From Octopus bimaculoides (taxonomy: Eukaryota), in NCBI RefSeq assembly GCF_001194135.2, contig NC_069007.1, forward strand, positions 2,512,625 to 2,548,044: 35,420 bases of DNA, written 5' to 3'. Below the pieces are notes generated by a model that saw nothing but the letters and a program-made list of their open reading frames with translations, made no database searches and was not told where the DNA came from. Shown in pieces: positions 11,388-21,845 of this stretch. Within the stretch, counting starts at the first letter, position 1. The number at the start of each line of letters is the position of its first letter. The position numbers were made by a program, and so were the translations under genes.

Positions 11388-11545
11388 ATCCCCGTAACTT
11401 AGTGATTCGGCAAAAGAAACCGATAGAATAATTACCAGGTTTAAAACAAAACAAAATAAAATCTCGGGTCGATTTGTTCGACCGAAACCCTTCAAAGCGG
11501 TGCCCAGCGTCGCCGCAGTCAAGTAACGGAAACAAGTAAAATAAA
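11388..11545 (+). mobile_element. SINE family A tail, right part starting at the CCCCGTAAC motif
   Basis: ATCCCCGTAACTTAGTGATTCGGCAAAAGAAACCGATAGAATAA...GCGGTGCCCAGCGTCGCCGCAGTCAAGTAACGGAAACAAGTAAAA. Confidence 0.9.
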
Positions 11546-12180
11546 TCTAGAAGATAAGGTTAATGGTGAAATCTTTCAGAAAACAAAATGCGGGCGGTCA
11601 CAGCCGTTATTCAGGATCGATTCCCGTCCAACATTGTTCACATCCACCTTCTAACGTCTTTAGCAACTGTTAGGCAGCTTAGTGAGTGTAGAGGAAATCT
11701 GATGTAACACAGAGTTGTGAAGCAAAGAAACATAAAACGATATATAATCTAGTGAAAATATTAAAACGCTAAGCTACAGATAAGATTAAGGAATGTCAGG
11801 ACAAATGATGACATGATCGTTCCCTCCAGAGAAAATATCCAACACTATTAGAGGAAAAGTTGTGTTATGGCGAAAAAGCTCTTCAGGGGTTACGAGTAAA
11901 GAACTTCAAATTTTGATAGAACATTTCTTTCTATCTTTGGTTCGTTTCTGTTAGTTTTTTTTTTTATTTTTGTAATATGGAACAAGATGAAAAAAATCCC
12001 ACCAGAAGAATTGAAATATATAAAATAGACGAATACGGAACATATCGGTAGAATATATGGATTCTGCAGAAAAAACAATCAATCACATTATTTGCTGGTT
12101 GCCTAATTTTATCCTAAAGAGAACGGACATACTCACACACAGACAGACATACATATATACATCAGTGTGTGTATAGGCGA

Positions 12181-12212
<32 letters not shown>

Positions 12213-12420
12213 NNNNNNNNNNNNNNNNNNNNNNNNNNNNNNNNNNNNNNNNNNNNNNNNNNNNNNNNNNNNNNNNNNNNNNNNNNNNNNNNNNNNNNNN
12301 NNNNNNNNNNNNNNNNNNNNNNNNNNNNNNNNNNNNNNNNNNNNNNNNNNNNNNNNNNNNNNNNNNNNNNNNNNNNNNNNNNNNNNNNNNNNNNNNNNNN
12401 NNNNNNNNNNNNNNNNNNNN

Positions 12421-12452
<32 letters not shown>

Positions 12453-13074
12453 TATATTTAGATGGGAGTTTTGGAACTTACAGAATTTACAGCAATATGC
12501 AGAAATAGATACGGCAAAAAACATAATCAAACAGAGCTTACCCCGATTGGTTAAAAAGAATAAGCTGTACCATAATGTGAGTATGGCAAGCACATGAAGG
12601 GAAATCGAAAGGATATTTATTGGGGCTATGAACAAATACATAATAACTAATGTTTGTGATTATTTATTGTTATTTATAGAGGAAAGACTATCTCGAAAAT
12701 ATGAGGAAACGAACTGAATGTATAATCTAAGAATAGAGATAAACTAGAAAGTGTTCGTTGAAATCTGAAAACAATATCTGTTTTATTTTTTCATAAATGC
12801 ATGAGGTACTATTTTACTGGGCTAAAATAATCATCTATGAAACTGTGCTGGCACCAATTACACGTGAAGATCGGGCTATATATACGTACATATATGTATG
12901 TGTATATATATGTGTGTGTGTGTGCGCGCACATAAACGCACACATACATTTTGTTGTTGGTGACAGACGCAGCTTTTGTTCAAATTAGCAATTTATATAT
13001 AATACGGATAGCATTTATTATGTTGCAAGACTTCTTCACTGCATTATTCTTCCCGAGAAAATATCTCTTATAGA

Positions 13075-13318
13075 CGTCGTGGCACTCCGTCGGTTACGAC
13101 GGTGAGGGTTCCAGTTGATCTGATCAACGGAGCAGCCTGCTTGTGAAGTTAACGTACAAGCGGGTGAGCACTCCACAGACACGTGTACCCTTAACGTAGT
13201 TCACGGGGAGATTCAGCGTGAAACAGAGCGTGACAAGGGGCTGCCCCTTTGAAAGGCAGGTACAACAGAATTAGGAAGAGAGAAATTTGTGGTGAAAGAG
13301 TACAGCAGGGTTGGACAC
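13075..13318 (-). mobile_element. SINE family B, 5'-truncated copy
   Basis: GGCACTCCGTCGGTTACGACGGTGAGGGTTCCAGTTGATC...GAGTACAGCAGGGTT aligns closely with 7908-8125. The tRNA head is absent. Confidence 0.92.
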
Positions 13319-14273
13319 GCTCGGGTTATGTGTGAGGGAGAAGATTGTTCACAGTATAGTGATACATGATCTCTGTTTGCAAAACAAGATAATGGAATCG
13401 TTGTATGAGTTGTTATACATAAAAGATGATTATGTTTCTTTGGATGTTACTTTGGGCATTAAAACAATGTTCAGTAAAAATTTGTTGAAATACCTGCAAG
13501 AGCTAACGAACTCAAACTATTCCAATCAGACAATAGAACAAAGACAAAAATTGCCTTTTAAAATTAGAATGGTTGTAAACAATTTTTTGAGATAATTATT
13601 ATGGTTGTATTAGCGAAAACCCTACTCACTGAACAGTAAAGGCGAAAGAGCAGTTTATTTCTTTAAAGTTTGAATTATATTGGAAAGGATAGTATTGTGA
13701 ATGGTTCCTGATTTTGAGGGTATGAATACGCTGAGAACATTCTCTTTTATAGCAATCTTCGTGAATCCTGATAAGGGATTTTGCAACAAAGCTGTCTGCA
13801 AGAAAAGCGTTTTTCAGTTTTCGTCATAGCTCTCAAGAGACTTCTGTCGTTATTTACTATGAAGTGAATAAACGATCGAGATATTACAATTGGAATCAAA
13901 AGAGATTATTCAACTATTTACATGGTAAAGGATGCTTGTACTGAATTTAGCGATAGACGCTGCAATGATGCCACAGGAATAACTAGATTTAACATTGTTT
14001 ATAATAGAGTGCAATATTTCTGATTCGGTGGGAAAAGCATTAATATAACAATGTGCATCAATATTAGAGGTGACCTCTTCAAACGATATTCGCTACACAT
14101 ATTCGTGTTATTAAAAACATATTGTCTTAGAATTGAGGAAGAATGATTGTAATTGTCGTATAATGCAATTTTATGGAGTATTTTCCATGAGGTTTATTTT
14201 CATCTGTATTTCAATTTAAAGTTATGTTCAGAAAGGTAATAATATTAACAGTAAATATTAAATCTTATTCTTT

Positions 14274-14305
14274 ATATACGTATATATATATACGTATATA
14301 TATAC

Positions 14306-14354
<49 letters not shown>

Positions 14355-14365
14355 TGAATGTGTGT
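14274..14365. repeat. (TA)n/(TG)n microsatellite with TACG interruptions
   Basis: Directly visible. It precedes a family A tail. Confidence 0.95.
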
Positions 14366-14436
14366 GTGTCTTTGTGTCAGTGTTTATTCCCCACCACCGC
14401 TTGACAACCGGTGTAAGTGTGTTTACCTTCCCGTAA
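14360..14436 (+). mobile_element. SINE family A tail, left part ending at CCCGTAA
   Basis: GTGTTTATTCCCCACCACCGCTTGACAACCGGTGTAAGTGTGTTTACCTTCCCGTAA matches 21140-21195. Confidence 0.85.
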
Positions 14437-14740
14437 ATTTTGACTGTCCACTAACTTGGTTGCAAAGTTGCGAAGTAAAGCATCTTGATTGTTTAAGTCT
14501 TAAGATCTCGCAGATTCCTATAGTCCCAGATATCGTGATCATTTGTAGTGCAGGAATTAAGGGTTTGCGTTCCCACCCCAGTAAAACAAGTTCAACAACC
14601 TTCGATCCAGACGTGTTGCTATGAATCCCGTTGCTCCAGTAACGATAGGTATGAAGCTGAAATAATAATAGATATCTTGGATCCTGGATTTGCAAACTCT
14701 TTATCAATGATCCATAGATGTCGCTTTTTATGTAGATGTC
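14437..14740 (-). mobile_element. RLE-type non-LTR retrotransposon, extreme C-terminus and short 3' end
   Basis: Across frameshifts the minus strand reads KSDIYGSLIKSLQIQDPRY / FSFIPIVTGATGFIATRLDRRL / LIPALQMITISGTIGICEILRL. This resembles the RLE C-terminal PIVIGA.G ... LQ...+.GT..I signature of R4/NeSL-like elements. Confidence 0.65.
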
Positions 14741-16603
14741 CTTGTTCTTGCTTATGTATATACGCATGTCTGCATTCATGTGTGTATATCCGCATGCACG
14801 TATATTTATACACTTCTTCATCTCTCTAAATCGTGGGCCTTCATTGTCAGGAATGTTTATAACCTTTTCACAAATGGTTTAAAATATAATAGAGCGCAGT
14901 TTCAAATAAATGCAGCATCGTATTTAGAAATATCAAATAACTTCTGACTAGAATGAATTCTAAAGTGATGACAAAAAGAAGATATTGGAATTTTCATATA
15001 TTCAAACGCTAATGTTTGATTCATTGATTTATATAAAACTCTCTTTACAAAAACTACGCTTGTGAAGGAATTTATGTATTAAAGGATAATTTTCTACCAT
15101 GTCGAGAAGCTAATGATGATTGTTAGACATACTAGACAAGTGTATTAGAAGAGAAGCAGTCAGGGAAATGTATTGTCGCTTTTGTTTTTATTTCAAGTAC
15201 AATGAATCTAGTCTATACTTACTAACTGATTATGTCTAATATGGTAGTAGAAATTATTATTAACCTACATTTAGGATTACTTATATAATTATCTTTGTGA
15301 TATTTATGATACATCGTTTACACAAATCTAATATTCCTACCCTATCATCTATTTTCTCATTCGTAGTTATCATGTGTGTGTGGGTGTGTGTGTTCGGAAT
15401 TTATGGGATTTTTTTTTTGTCGTTTTTCAGAGTTAGTGATGCTGCTAAACAATAGACGTTGATATTTTCTGTTATTCTTTTGTGTTTAATCTTCGTTTCG
15501 TTCGCTGATCAATGAGCGTTGTTAGGTTTTCCGCAGTATGTTTAGATTGTCGACACAAAAGTCTGTAACTTATTGTGATTCTTTAGTTAACGGTTTAATG
15601 GAATTATTACTACAAAGTTATCTGAACGCATCTTGCGAAAGAAAACTTTTCTACTTGTTTCCCGCAACGTCTGTTTCAAAATGGATTGTAACATTGTAAA
15701 TTATATTCCCATTATTTGGTTCCTATAACTGCATGTGAAATTGAAGTAACCATGAATTTATCATACTTATTGAATGCACGCAGCCAATAGGCCAGTACCT
15801 GCTATAATTACTTATTTTAGATATTTCTACTTTCATATGCTCCTACCTGATGGATATTTATGTGGGAAAATTAGAACTTTATGCTGTAGTTTTGCTGTTG
15901 CCAATAGCTTGGAGTGTACGTAAGTCAGAAATGCACATTGCATAGTTTGAAACATATGCCTGGAAGAGACTCTAGAAATAATTTAATTTAAAGACTAAGT
16001 GATTAATAAGCAATCAGATGTGATAATTAAATTATGGCTATAATTAAATTAAAAAGTTTTTTAATAGGATTTGAAAAAAATAATATCGGCAACTCTAGGT
16101 GATATTGAAAGTGTTTTTATCGAAACACCCATTCACACGAACGGAAAAATTGTGTTAACAGGATGAAATTGTCGATTATTTATATGTTAAATGAAGTGTA
16201 ATATGTTGTATAAATCGTTGATCATCTCGTGAAAGTATTACTCGAAATAACGAGTTGACGTTGTTGTATGTATGTTAAACTTATGTCTTTATATACCTCG
16301 TGTAAAAGCATTGTATTAACTACAAATCAGTTTTAGTTATGGAAAAATATAAACCTATATGGTCGGAAAATATATATAACATTCATAAGAACATAAATAA
16401 TTTAATATTTATTATATTGTAATGTAAAATAGAGATAAACATTGGCATTTGTTAGTAAGTGCTATTCAAGCAAACCAGATTCTTTTAGCAGCGTTTTTTT
16501 TTTTTATGGGTTGGAGGTGAATAGCCAGCAAAATATATATGAAAGTAATTAAGTTGAAGTAGACTGGACACTATCTGGTAGTAAGTGAATTGAAATTAAT
16601 GCC

Positions 16604-16815
16604 TATATGGCTATCAAATTTTGGCACAAACCCAGCAATTTCGGGGGAGAATGTAAGTCGATTACATCGAGGCCAGGACTCAAGTAGTACTTTTTCGTTG
16701 ACCTCTAAATAAAACGCAATGTTCACCCCGGCGGAAATTGAACTGAGATCATGAGGAGGGACGAAATGCCACTAAGCATTTCGCCCGGTGTACTAACGAT
16801 TCTGCTCCCCGTCTT
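16604..16815 (-). mobile_element. SINE family C (tail type b)
   Basis: TCAAATTTTGGCACAAACCCAGCAATTTCGGGGGAG..AAGTCGATTACATCGAG...GACGAAATGCCACTAAGCATTTCGCCCGGTGTACTAACGATTCTGC shares head and core with 17243-17476. Confidence 0.88.
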
Positions 16816-17242
16816 GAATTAACGGCGTACATTAACGTGCGTATAGAATTGCTGGTTTATAAGGGTACACAACGAGAGAAGTAGCTTTAAAAGGCTAAAG
16901 AAAAAAAGAGTAAATTAAAGATATGGATAAAATAAATGAAAGTAAGCCGGCCTACCACTCAGAGATTAATGACCTGTAGGGTTAAAAGGGGAAAACTGAA
17001 AAAATTCTGGCTAGAGAACATAGCAATAAATAATGATGAGAAGAGAAAATTTAGATAAACCAGCTAAAAGTCACAAAGACAACAGAGTGTTCTAACTATC
17101 TTTTGAGATATTCGATTTCTTATTTTCCTTTCGTTCTGTCTTATTTTCATTCTTTTGTCACACTTCCTCCACTTCTTGGTAAAAGTGCAACCACCGCACA
17201 AGTAAGATTAATTCTGTTATTTGGTTTTCTTTTCTATTAATA

Positions 17243-17476
17243 TTTATTTCTTTATTGCCGACAGGGGGCTAAACATAGAGGGGACAAACAAGGACAGATA
17301 AAGGGATTAGGTCGATTACATTGACCCCAGTGCGTAACTGGTACTTATTTGATCGACTCCGAAAAGATAAAAGGCAACGTCGACCTTGGGAGAATTTGAA
17401 CTCCGAACGTAACGGCAGACGAAATGCCGCTAAGCATTTCGGCCGGCGTGCTAAGAATCCTGCTGGCTCGCCGTCC
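17243..17476 (-). mobile_element. SINE family C, near full length (tail type a)
   Basis: The reverse complement has a tRNA-like head (GGCGAGCCAGCAGGATTCTTAGCACGCCGGCCGAAATGCTTAGCGG..., B box GAGTTCAAATTC), a core GCCTTTTATCTTTTCGGAGTCGATCAAATAAGTACCAG, and an A-rich end (AATAAAGAAATAAA). Confidence 0.92.
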
Positions 17477-17939
17477 TCTTTCCTGTTAATATCATCAGCA
17501 CCCTGAAGACTGCACCGTCTGTTATTGTTATTGTTGTTGATGGTATTATTGTAAGTTTCCGTATATGCTATGTCTGCGTCCTCAAGAATCTAACATCCTG
17601 ACTGGTCGAAAAAGTGTACATCGTATAACCAGGGATGAAGCGCCCACACACGGCTGCTGCTGAAAATTATTCAAATATGATAATTATAAAGAAAGATCTT
17701 CTATAATAATATATCAATATTTAATCCGGTCTTCTGTTAAATGCCTGCAATTATGCTTCATAATTCAAGTATTGAAAGGAAACAATATATTTGCAGGCGT
17801 TTTTTTTTTTTTAGCTACTTATATTAATCTTTAGTTTTCGTGTGCTAATGCATTATATGGTGTAGCTTTACATTAAGGAATGGACAGTACAATTTTTTGT
17901 AATTCGGACAGCCACGTGGTCAAAGCAAATAAAATGAAA

Positions 17940-18474
17940 AGGGGGTTGCTGCGATAGATAGTGGAGGAGATGCATTGGAACTACTCTGATTCACAGGCTC
18001 GCACTTGCGAATAGTTATCTCTGCCCCAATAGCAGTGACCTGGAATATGTCCGAGGGCCGAGAATGCCGAATGTTTCCACTGCCACAGGCTCAGCGATAA
18101 ATCTTTTCTCGGCCTGACGAGCAGCCGAAACCTGGGCTGGTAGCTGACCACATCAAGTTGCCGCTACAGAAGGTGTTACAGCATGTGGCATCTCAGATGA
18201 AGGACCTAGCACCGCGGGACGGGAAAATTGTCATAACGTCAGGCCTTTTACCGTCTCCTCGGCCTAGAGCTACTGGCTGGAGTTGAGATGGGAAACCTGA
18301 GGCATCTAGACAAAGCTTTATGATTTTGTTAAATGCGGCATGGCGTGGGAGACGGCCAGCGCTATGACGGCATAACTGGGTGGAGGCCGAAAAATCAACA
18401 GTGGATCCGCAGCGGCAGTCATGAGGTTCGCAGATCTGGAGGCCACACCTCGGGAAAAAGCTGATATGCAAACT
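17940..18474 (-). mobile_element. CRE-clade non-LTR retrotransposon, zinc-finger plus restriction-like endonuclease C-terminus, pseudogenised
   Basis: Translation gives ICEPHDCRCGSTVD..LCRHSAGRLPRHAA (zinc finger and RH), GRGDGKRPDVMTIFP, I*DATCCNTF (WD.TC.DT with TGG>TGA), AARQAEKR, EPVAVETFGILGP and EPRESE*FQCISSTIYRSN (QR.S.A+.RGN). All RLE motifs are in the expected order. Confidence 0.85.
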
Positions 18475-18515
18475 GTTGGAAAACAAACGCCTTACCACAA
18501 AGCCACATCTGCGCC
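18475..18515 (-). mobile_element. SINE family A, first 41 bp of the head (A box only)
   Basis: 34 of 41 ungapped identities to the reverse complement of 28222-28262, counted by hand. Confidence 0.8.
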
Positions 18516-18733
18516 CATTTGTTAATTGTTTTCTGTTGCCATATCTAGCAAGGTTTCTATTTGGCTTGATTTCCGTTTAGCACTGTTTTTTTTATTGTTC
18601 GTCTTATAAACTGCCGTTAAAAATCAACGCAATTCACAATAAAGAAATTTTACAATCGATTGAGGAATTCGATGTGTTGAATGTAAAAGACGCCTTTTAG
18701 AAGATTTTCAGTTTTTCTTTGATTATTGTCTTT

Positions 18734-18736
<3 letters not shown>

Positions 18737-18782
<46 letters not shown>

Positions 18783-19190
18783 NNNNNNNNNNNNNNNNNN
18801 NNNNNNNNNNNNNNNNNNNNNNNNNNNNNNNNNNNNNNNNNNNNNNNNNNNNNNNNNNNNNNNNNNNNNNNNNNNNNNNNNNNNNNNNNNNNNNNNNNNN
18901 NNNNNNNNNNNNNNNNNNNNNNNNNNNNNNNNNNNNNNNNNNNNNNNNNNNNNNNCATATATATATACATACATACATATATATATATACATACATACAT
19001 ATATATATATACATACATACATATATACATACATACATATATATACATACATACATACATATATATACATACATACATATATATATACATACATATATAT
19101 ATATACATACATACATACGTATACATATATATATATACATACATACATACGTATACATATATATATATATACATACATACATACGTATAC

Positions 19191-19274
<84 letters not shown>

Positions 19275-19290
19275 CACACACACACACATT
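18737..19290. repeat. (TA)n / (TACA)n compound array with 18-28 bp higher-order units, spanning a gap
   Basis: Recurrent ATATATATACATACATACAT and CATACATACGTATACAT units. Confidence 0.95.
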
Positions 19291-19489
19291 TGTTGTTGTT
19301 GCAATCATTTCCAGGTTGCTAACTATAGAATTGATTGGCGGCATGTATTAAGATGATTCTGTGTTTGAAGTGGATGCCATTTCCATGTGAAGAATGTCTG
19401 ATTCAGCGATTTCATAGTTAATATATACAGAACTTTAGATCTTATCTTTTTGAAAAAAGAATACGATTTCCGGGGAAATCATTTCTCTT

Positions 19490-19902
19490 TATTAACACAT
19501 GCCTACACACACATACACACACAAACATACGTGCGGGTGTGCGCACACCCACATGCAAGGATACACACCCATATTCACATACAGACGTATATATCTGCAC
19601 ACCTATTTCCATGCAGATATATAGACATATTCACATATACATGTATATAGATAGACATATATATACGCATATATATAAATGTAGATATAGACATACACGT
19701 ACATATACATATATATATATATTTGTGTACATATATATATATTCTTATGCATACATATATATACATATATATATAATATATATGTATGCATATATATATA
19801 TATAAAATATATATATGTATGCGGGTCCGTTTGTGCGGAAGTGTCTGTTTTTCTACACATATATATGCATACATATATATGTACATATATACATATCTAT
19901 GC

Positions 19903-19957
<55 letters not shown>

Positions 19958-20115
19958 TATATGTGTATATATACATACATACATATATATATATACATAT
20001 TCATATGTGCATATATACATATGCATATATAAATATATATGCAAATGTATATGTATATATAAGTACATACACACATATATCATATATATATATATATGCA
20101 TATATATGCATAAAG
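19490..20115. repeat. Degenerate CA/TA microsatellite region
   Basis: Directly visible. Confidence 0.9.
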
Positions 20116-20549
20116 AAACATTCATCACTCGCAATAAACACGCCATCTAAAGATGCAGCACTTATTGTTGCAATCACATATTAACACGCACATAACCCCC
20201 GTACCCTTATCTTTCTCCGAAAATATGTCTGTGTGTAGGAATGTGTGTAATAAAACAGCATAACTGGCCTTTGTAGTTTGCGATTCGTTTAAAAATTTAA
20301 GTAGCGAGTTCTTCCATTACTTTCTTAGATGTCTAGACAGAACTGGCGTATTTTATCGTTCTTCTCTCAGCCTCCTACATCATTGCACAAACAAACAGAG
20401 TGGCCAGAAAAGACAAAAAAAGAAATATTTTATTGATCCGGATAAGAGCATTAAAAAATAGATATAGAAAAGGTTAAAAAAACAATATAATTGTATTTGA
20501 ATTTCCTGGAAATTGATATTGAATGAAGGAAGAAACGCTTAACTGTCTC

Positions 20550-20583
20550 TTAATAGCAGACGACATCGGTCGTCTGCTATTAA
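20550..20583. repeat. Perfect inverted repeat, 15-bp arms and 4-nt loop
   Basis: TTAATAGCAGACGAC-ATCG-GTCGTCTGCTATTAA. Confidence 0.95.
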
Positions 20584-21046
20584 ATATTTATTCAACTCTG
20601 TGTTATATATGAGGCTCACCTCTTTATCGTATGGAATGTTTTGTGATTGATTTTTGTTGTTTATTTTAATATGAATCTTAAAGAAGTCGAATAGAATGCC
20701 AAGGAGAAGAATTTGTGATAAATAATACGAGCTGAGTCTTTTTTGCTAGAAATAGTATTCAAAATCTTTCTGAATTGCAATCTAGCATCTTTTCTAAAAA
20801 AAAAAAAAAGCGATATTTTAAAAACTTGGTTTGTTTCTGATAATAACATTAAAGGGAAGAGAATCTCTTTTAGGTTCAGATAAGTTATGTTGAAGAATAT
20901 GTATATTTTAAACAAACTATTCAAAATAAGATTGCCTTAAAGAAAGCCGGAAATATCAAAGTCTGTGAATCTTTTAACATAGATCTGCCCAAGAAACCTT
21001 TTTTTAGAAAAATTATGAAAGAGATTAAGAGAAGTANNNNNNNNNN

Positions 21047-21082
<36 letters not shown>

Positions 21083-21109
21083 CTATCTATATATATGTGT
21101 GTGGATGTG

Positions 21110-21337
21110 AGAGCGTGCGTGTCTGTGTGTATTTACTTGTTTCTGTCCACCAGCATCGCTTGACTACCGGTATTGGATTGTTTCCCTCCCCGTAACTTAT
21201 TTGGGTCTACTAAAAACACCGATAGAATAAGTCACAGACTTAAAAAAGATGTGCTGGGGTCGGTTCTTTCGACTCGAGTTGTTCCTCAATCCGGTGCCCC
21301 AGCATGGCCGCAGTCTAATGACTTAAACAAATAAACG
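21110..21337 (+). mobile_element. SINE family A, complete tail half preceded by a TA/TG tract
   Basis: CATCGCTTGACTACCGG...CCCCGTAACTTA...ACCGATAGAATAAGTC...CTGGGGTCG...CGGTGCCCCAGCATGGCCGCAGTCTAATGAC. Confidence 0.88.
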
Positions 21338-21399
21338 ATCAATTCTAAAACAGGTATATATTTCAATCAACAACTTCGATATTGTTTGGACGTAATTCT

Positions 21400-21845
21400 T
21401 GTTATTAGCATCGTACCAGTTCCTGCTGCTGCTGCTGGTAATGCTGATGGTGCCACTACTACTACTGTTCGTGCTACTATTGTTGTAGTACAGTTTTTGT
21501 TGTTGCTGTTGTGATGTTGCTCCTTTAACTATTATTTTTACTTCTAGTGTAGATTCTACTCTTGTTCTTGTTTTAATGGTTGTTGTTTTAATGGTTGTTG
21601 TTGCTGCTGTACCTCGATCATTGTCATTGTTATTGTTGTTGCAGTATTGGCTGTTATCGTCATTCTTATTGCTGCTTTCGCGACATCCGCTGCTCTGCTG
21701 CAGCACTTGTTACACTGGATGTTGATGATTGTCACGAACATGCCGCGTTACTACATTCGCTCTGCCTTGTGTTATAGGCATAGCTACTACTATCACTGTT
21801 GTTACTGTCGTTATTATTGTAGTCGTAGCTATTGCTCTTGTTGTT
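21400..21845. repeat. Degenerate trinucleotide (GTT/CTG/TAC/TTA) low-complexity tract
   Basis: Interleaved trinucleotide runs, including a short duplication of TTTTAATGGTTGTTG. The tract explains the poly-Q/N/S pseudo-ORFs. Confidence 0.85.

Noticed and set aside
12462-12576. Possible exon WEFWNLQNLQQYAEIDTAKNIIKQSLPRLVKKNKLYHN with a GTGAGT donor
   Set aside because: The acceptor lacks a polypyrimidine tract (it follows a TA/CA repeat), and no homology is recognisable.
13311-14200. 94-aa ORF and a faint minus-strand RT-like string (KSGTIHNTILS / ALSPLLF)
   Set aside because: The motif matches are too weak and not collinear with other RT motifs, so I cannot assign it.
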